A DNA stretch of 5,004 bases, taken from the IMG/VR virus record IMGVR_UViG_3300014523_000031, one strand, 5' to 3'. The notes under the pieces were generated by a model that was given only the letters and a program-made list of their open reading frames with translations, searched no databases and was not told where the DNA came from. This document shows positions 3,863-5,004 of this stretch, piece after piece. The translations under genes were made by a program, and so were the position numbers. Every line of letters starts with the position of its first letter. Positions within the stretch are counted from its first letter, which is position 1. This DNA is from a virus. Lineage: Duplodnaviria; Heunggongvirae; Uroviricota; Caudoviricetes.

Positions 3863-4670
3863 GTTAGCTGATTACAGGCCTCAACTGGAGGTCGTGGAGC
3901 ATCGCGTGGCAGATACCGAAGATGGTTTCATGCGCGTTGCTAACGAGATTATCGACAGTCTGCTGATGGCTGATTTAACCGTCCGGCAGTTGAAGGTGAT
4001 GCTCGCTATCATGCGCAAGACATACGGATTCAATAAGCCGATGGATCGACTCACAAACACGCAGATAGCAGCCATGACAGGTATTCATCACACTCATGTT
4101 TGCGCTGCCAAGCGCCAGCTTATCGAGCGTAAATTCCTCATTGCTGATGGCGTGAAAATCGGAGTGAACAAGGTGGTTTCTCAGTGGATTAGCCAGGACA
4201 GCTTAACATTAGCTAAAACAGCTAATAAAACATTAGCCAAGTCGGCTAATGGGTATAAGCCAAGTCAGCTAAACACAAAAGACAATATACAAAAGACAAT
4301 AAATACAAATACCCCCTTACCCCCTAACGGGGGCGGCGATGGGCAGGTTAAACCTGAACGTCGCAAGGCAGAACGAATCGACTACGAATCCTTCCTGAGC
4401 GCCTACAACGCCGAAGTCGGTGACAGACTTCCACACGCTGTTGCGGTCAACGAGAAACGCAAACGCCGCCTGAAGAAAATCATCCCGCAACTGAAAACGC
4501 CAAACGTGGACGGTTTCAGAGCGTATGTCAGGGCGTTTGTACATCAGGCCAAGCCGTTTTACTTCGGAGACAACGACACTGGCTGGACGGCAGATTTTGA
4601 TTACCTGCTGAGGGAAGATTCGTTAACGGGAGTACGGGAAGGGAAGTTTGCAGACAGGGGGATTGCATGA
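3849..4670 (+). CDS. Replication initiation protein, lambda O / P22 gp18 type
   Basis: 273 aa. N-terminal region ([56 protein letters not shown]...) has the hallmarks of the phage O N-terminal DNA-binding domain. Low-complexity linker ([13 protein letters not shown]) coincides with ori-like iterons in the DNA. Stop TGA overlaps the ATG of the downstream helicase (ATGA at 4667-4670). Confidence 0.9.
   Translation: MGVVKLADYRPQLEVVEHRVADTEDGFMRVANEIIDSLLMADLTVRQLKVMLAIMRKTYGFNKPMDRLTNTQIAAMTGIHHTHVCAAKRQLIERKFLIADGVKIGVNKVVSQWISQDSLTLAKTANKTLAKSANGYKPSQLNTKDNIQKTINTNTPLPPNGGGDGQVKPERRKAERIDYESFLSAYNAEVGDRLPHAVAVNEKRKRRLKKIIPQLKTPNVDGFRAYVRAFVHQAKPFYFGDNDTGWTADFDYLLREDSLTGVREGKFADRGIA
4187..4273. 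repeat. ori-like iterons: four copies of an approximately 20-bp repeat with internal dyad symmetry, inside the O-like gene
   Basis: Copies start at about 4187, 4207, 4231 and 4254, with a core near ATTAGCCAAGTCGGCTAA. The best copy is TTAGCC-AAGTC-GGCTAA at 4233-4249, whose two arms are reverse complements. Copies 3 and 4 share 16 of 20 positions by hand alignment. Confidence 0.7.
4274..4333. promoter_or_regulatory. A-rich tract and GC palindrome following the iterons (putative origin unwinding region)
   Basis: 4274-4312 is strongly A-rich on the plus strand and contains a 12-bp direct repeat caaaagacaata (4276-4287 and 4290-4301). It is followed by the palindrome CCCCC-TAAC-GGGGG at 4320-4333. 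This mirrors the iteron / AT-rich / palindrome layout of lambda ori. Confidence 0.6.
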
Positions 4671-5004
4671 GACAGGATATCGAAGCGAGCGTTATCGGTG
4701 GCCTGCTGATTGGTGGATTAACACCAACCGCCAGCGACGTTCTGGCAACGCTAGAGCCGGAAGCGTTTTCAATTCCGCTCTACCGGAAAGCCTTCGAGGC
4801 TATCCGCAAGCAGGCGAGAAACAGAAACCTAATCGACGCGCTGATGGTTGCCGAGGCGTGCGGAGAGGAGCATTTCACGTCAATCCTGATGACCAGCAAG
4901 AACTGCCCGAGTGCCGCAAACCTGAAGGGATATGCCGGAATGGTCGCGGATAACTATCACCGCCGTCTGGTGCTGGAAATCATGGATGAAATGCGTGAAC
5001 CAAT
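4667..5004 (+). CDS. Replicative DNA helicase, DnaB family (P22 gp12-like), N-terminal part; continues past window end
   Basis: Hand translation from ATG 4667 gives [18 protein letters not shown]...[20 protein letters not shown]...[30 protein letters not shown], which matches the DnaB N-terminal domain pattern (compare E. coli DnaB ...SVLGGLML...NTPSAANISAYADIV...). The track ORF 4648-4953 is in a different frame, Arg/Trp-rich, and rejected. Confidence 0.88.
   Translation, partial: MRQDIEASVIGGLLIGGLTPTASDVLATLEPEAFSIPLYRKAFEAIRKQARNRNLIDALMVAEACGEEHFTSILMTSKNCPSAANLKGYAGMVADNYHRRLVLEIMDEMREP

Noticed and set aside
4187-4273. Possibility that the short direct repeats are a CRISPR array
   Set aside because: Only about four imperfect 20-bp repeats with no spacer-like unique intervals, lying inside a coding region; they fit replication-origin iterons.
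3881-4544. Minus-strand ORFs 3881-4075 and 4317-4544 antisense to the O-like gene
   Set aside because: Shadow ORFs within a confidently assigned replication gene; no RBS.
4648-4953. Plus-strand 101-aa ORF from the ORF track
   Set aside because: Wrong frame. The frame starting at ATG 4667 encodes a clear DnaB N-terminal domain and is coupled to the O stop; the track frame is Arg/Trp-rich nonsense.

Overview
This window is the early-regulatory core of a lambdoid (P22-like) prophage, read from the sequence alone. Minus strand, right to left: a CI/C2-type repressor (2340-2990) with its own terminator, PL/OL, nutL, an N antiterminator whose arginine-rich motif is phage-21-type (1720-2025), a small coupled ORF, a tL1-like terminator, then two small accessory genes (83 aa soluble; 151 aa membrane protein), a 116-nt run of N (299-414), a CIII homolog and the start of a further leftward gene. 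Plus strand from the OR/PR operator region: cro, nutR, a CII-family activator, a possible 53-aa ORF, an O-type replication initiator with ori-like iterons inside it, and the start of a DnaB-like helicase. The most interesting part is the accessory slot between tL1 and cIII: two tandem gene cassettes share the same 5' boundary sequence and the same 3' terminator motif, and neither protein is one I recognise. They are candidates for an uncharacterised prophage-encoded exclusion or conversion module, but this is inference only. No tRNA, rRNA, CRISPR, integrase or att site is visible. All similarity statements come from memory and manual alignment; no database search was run.
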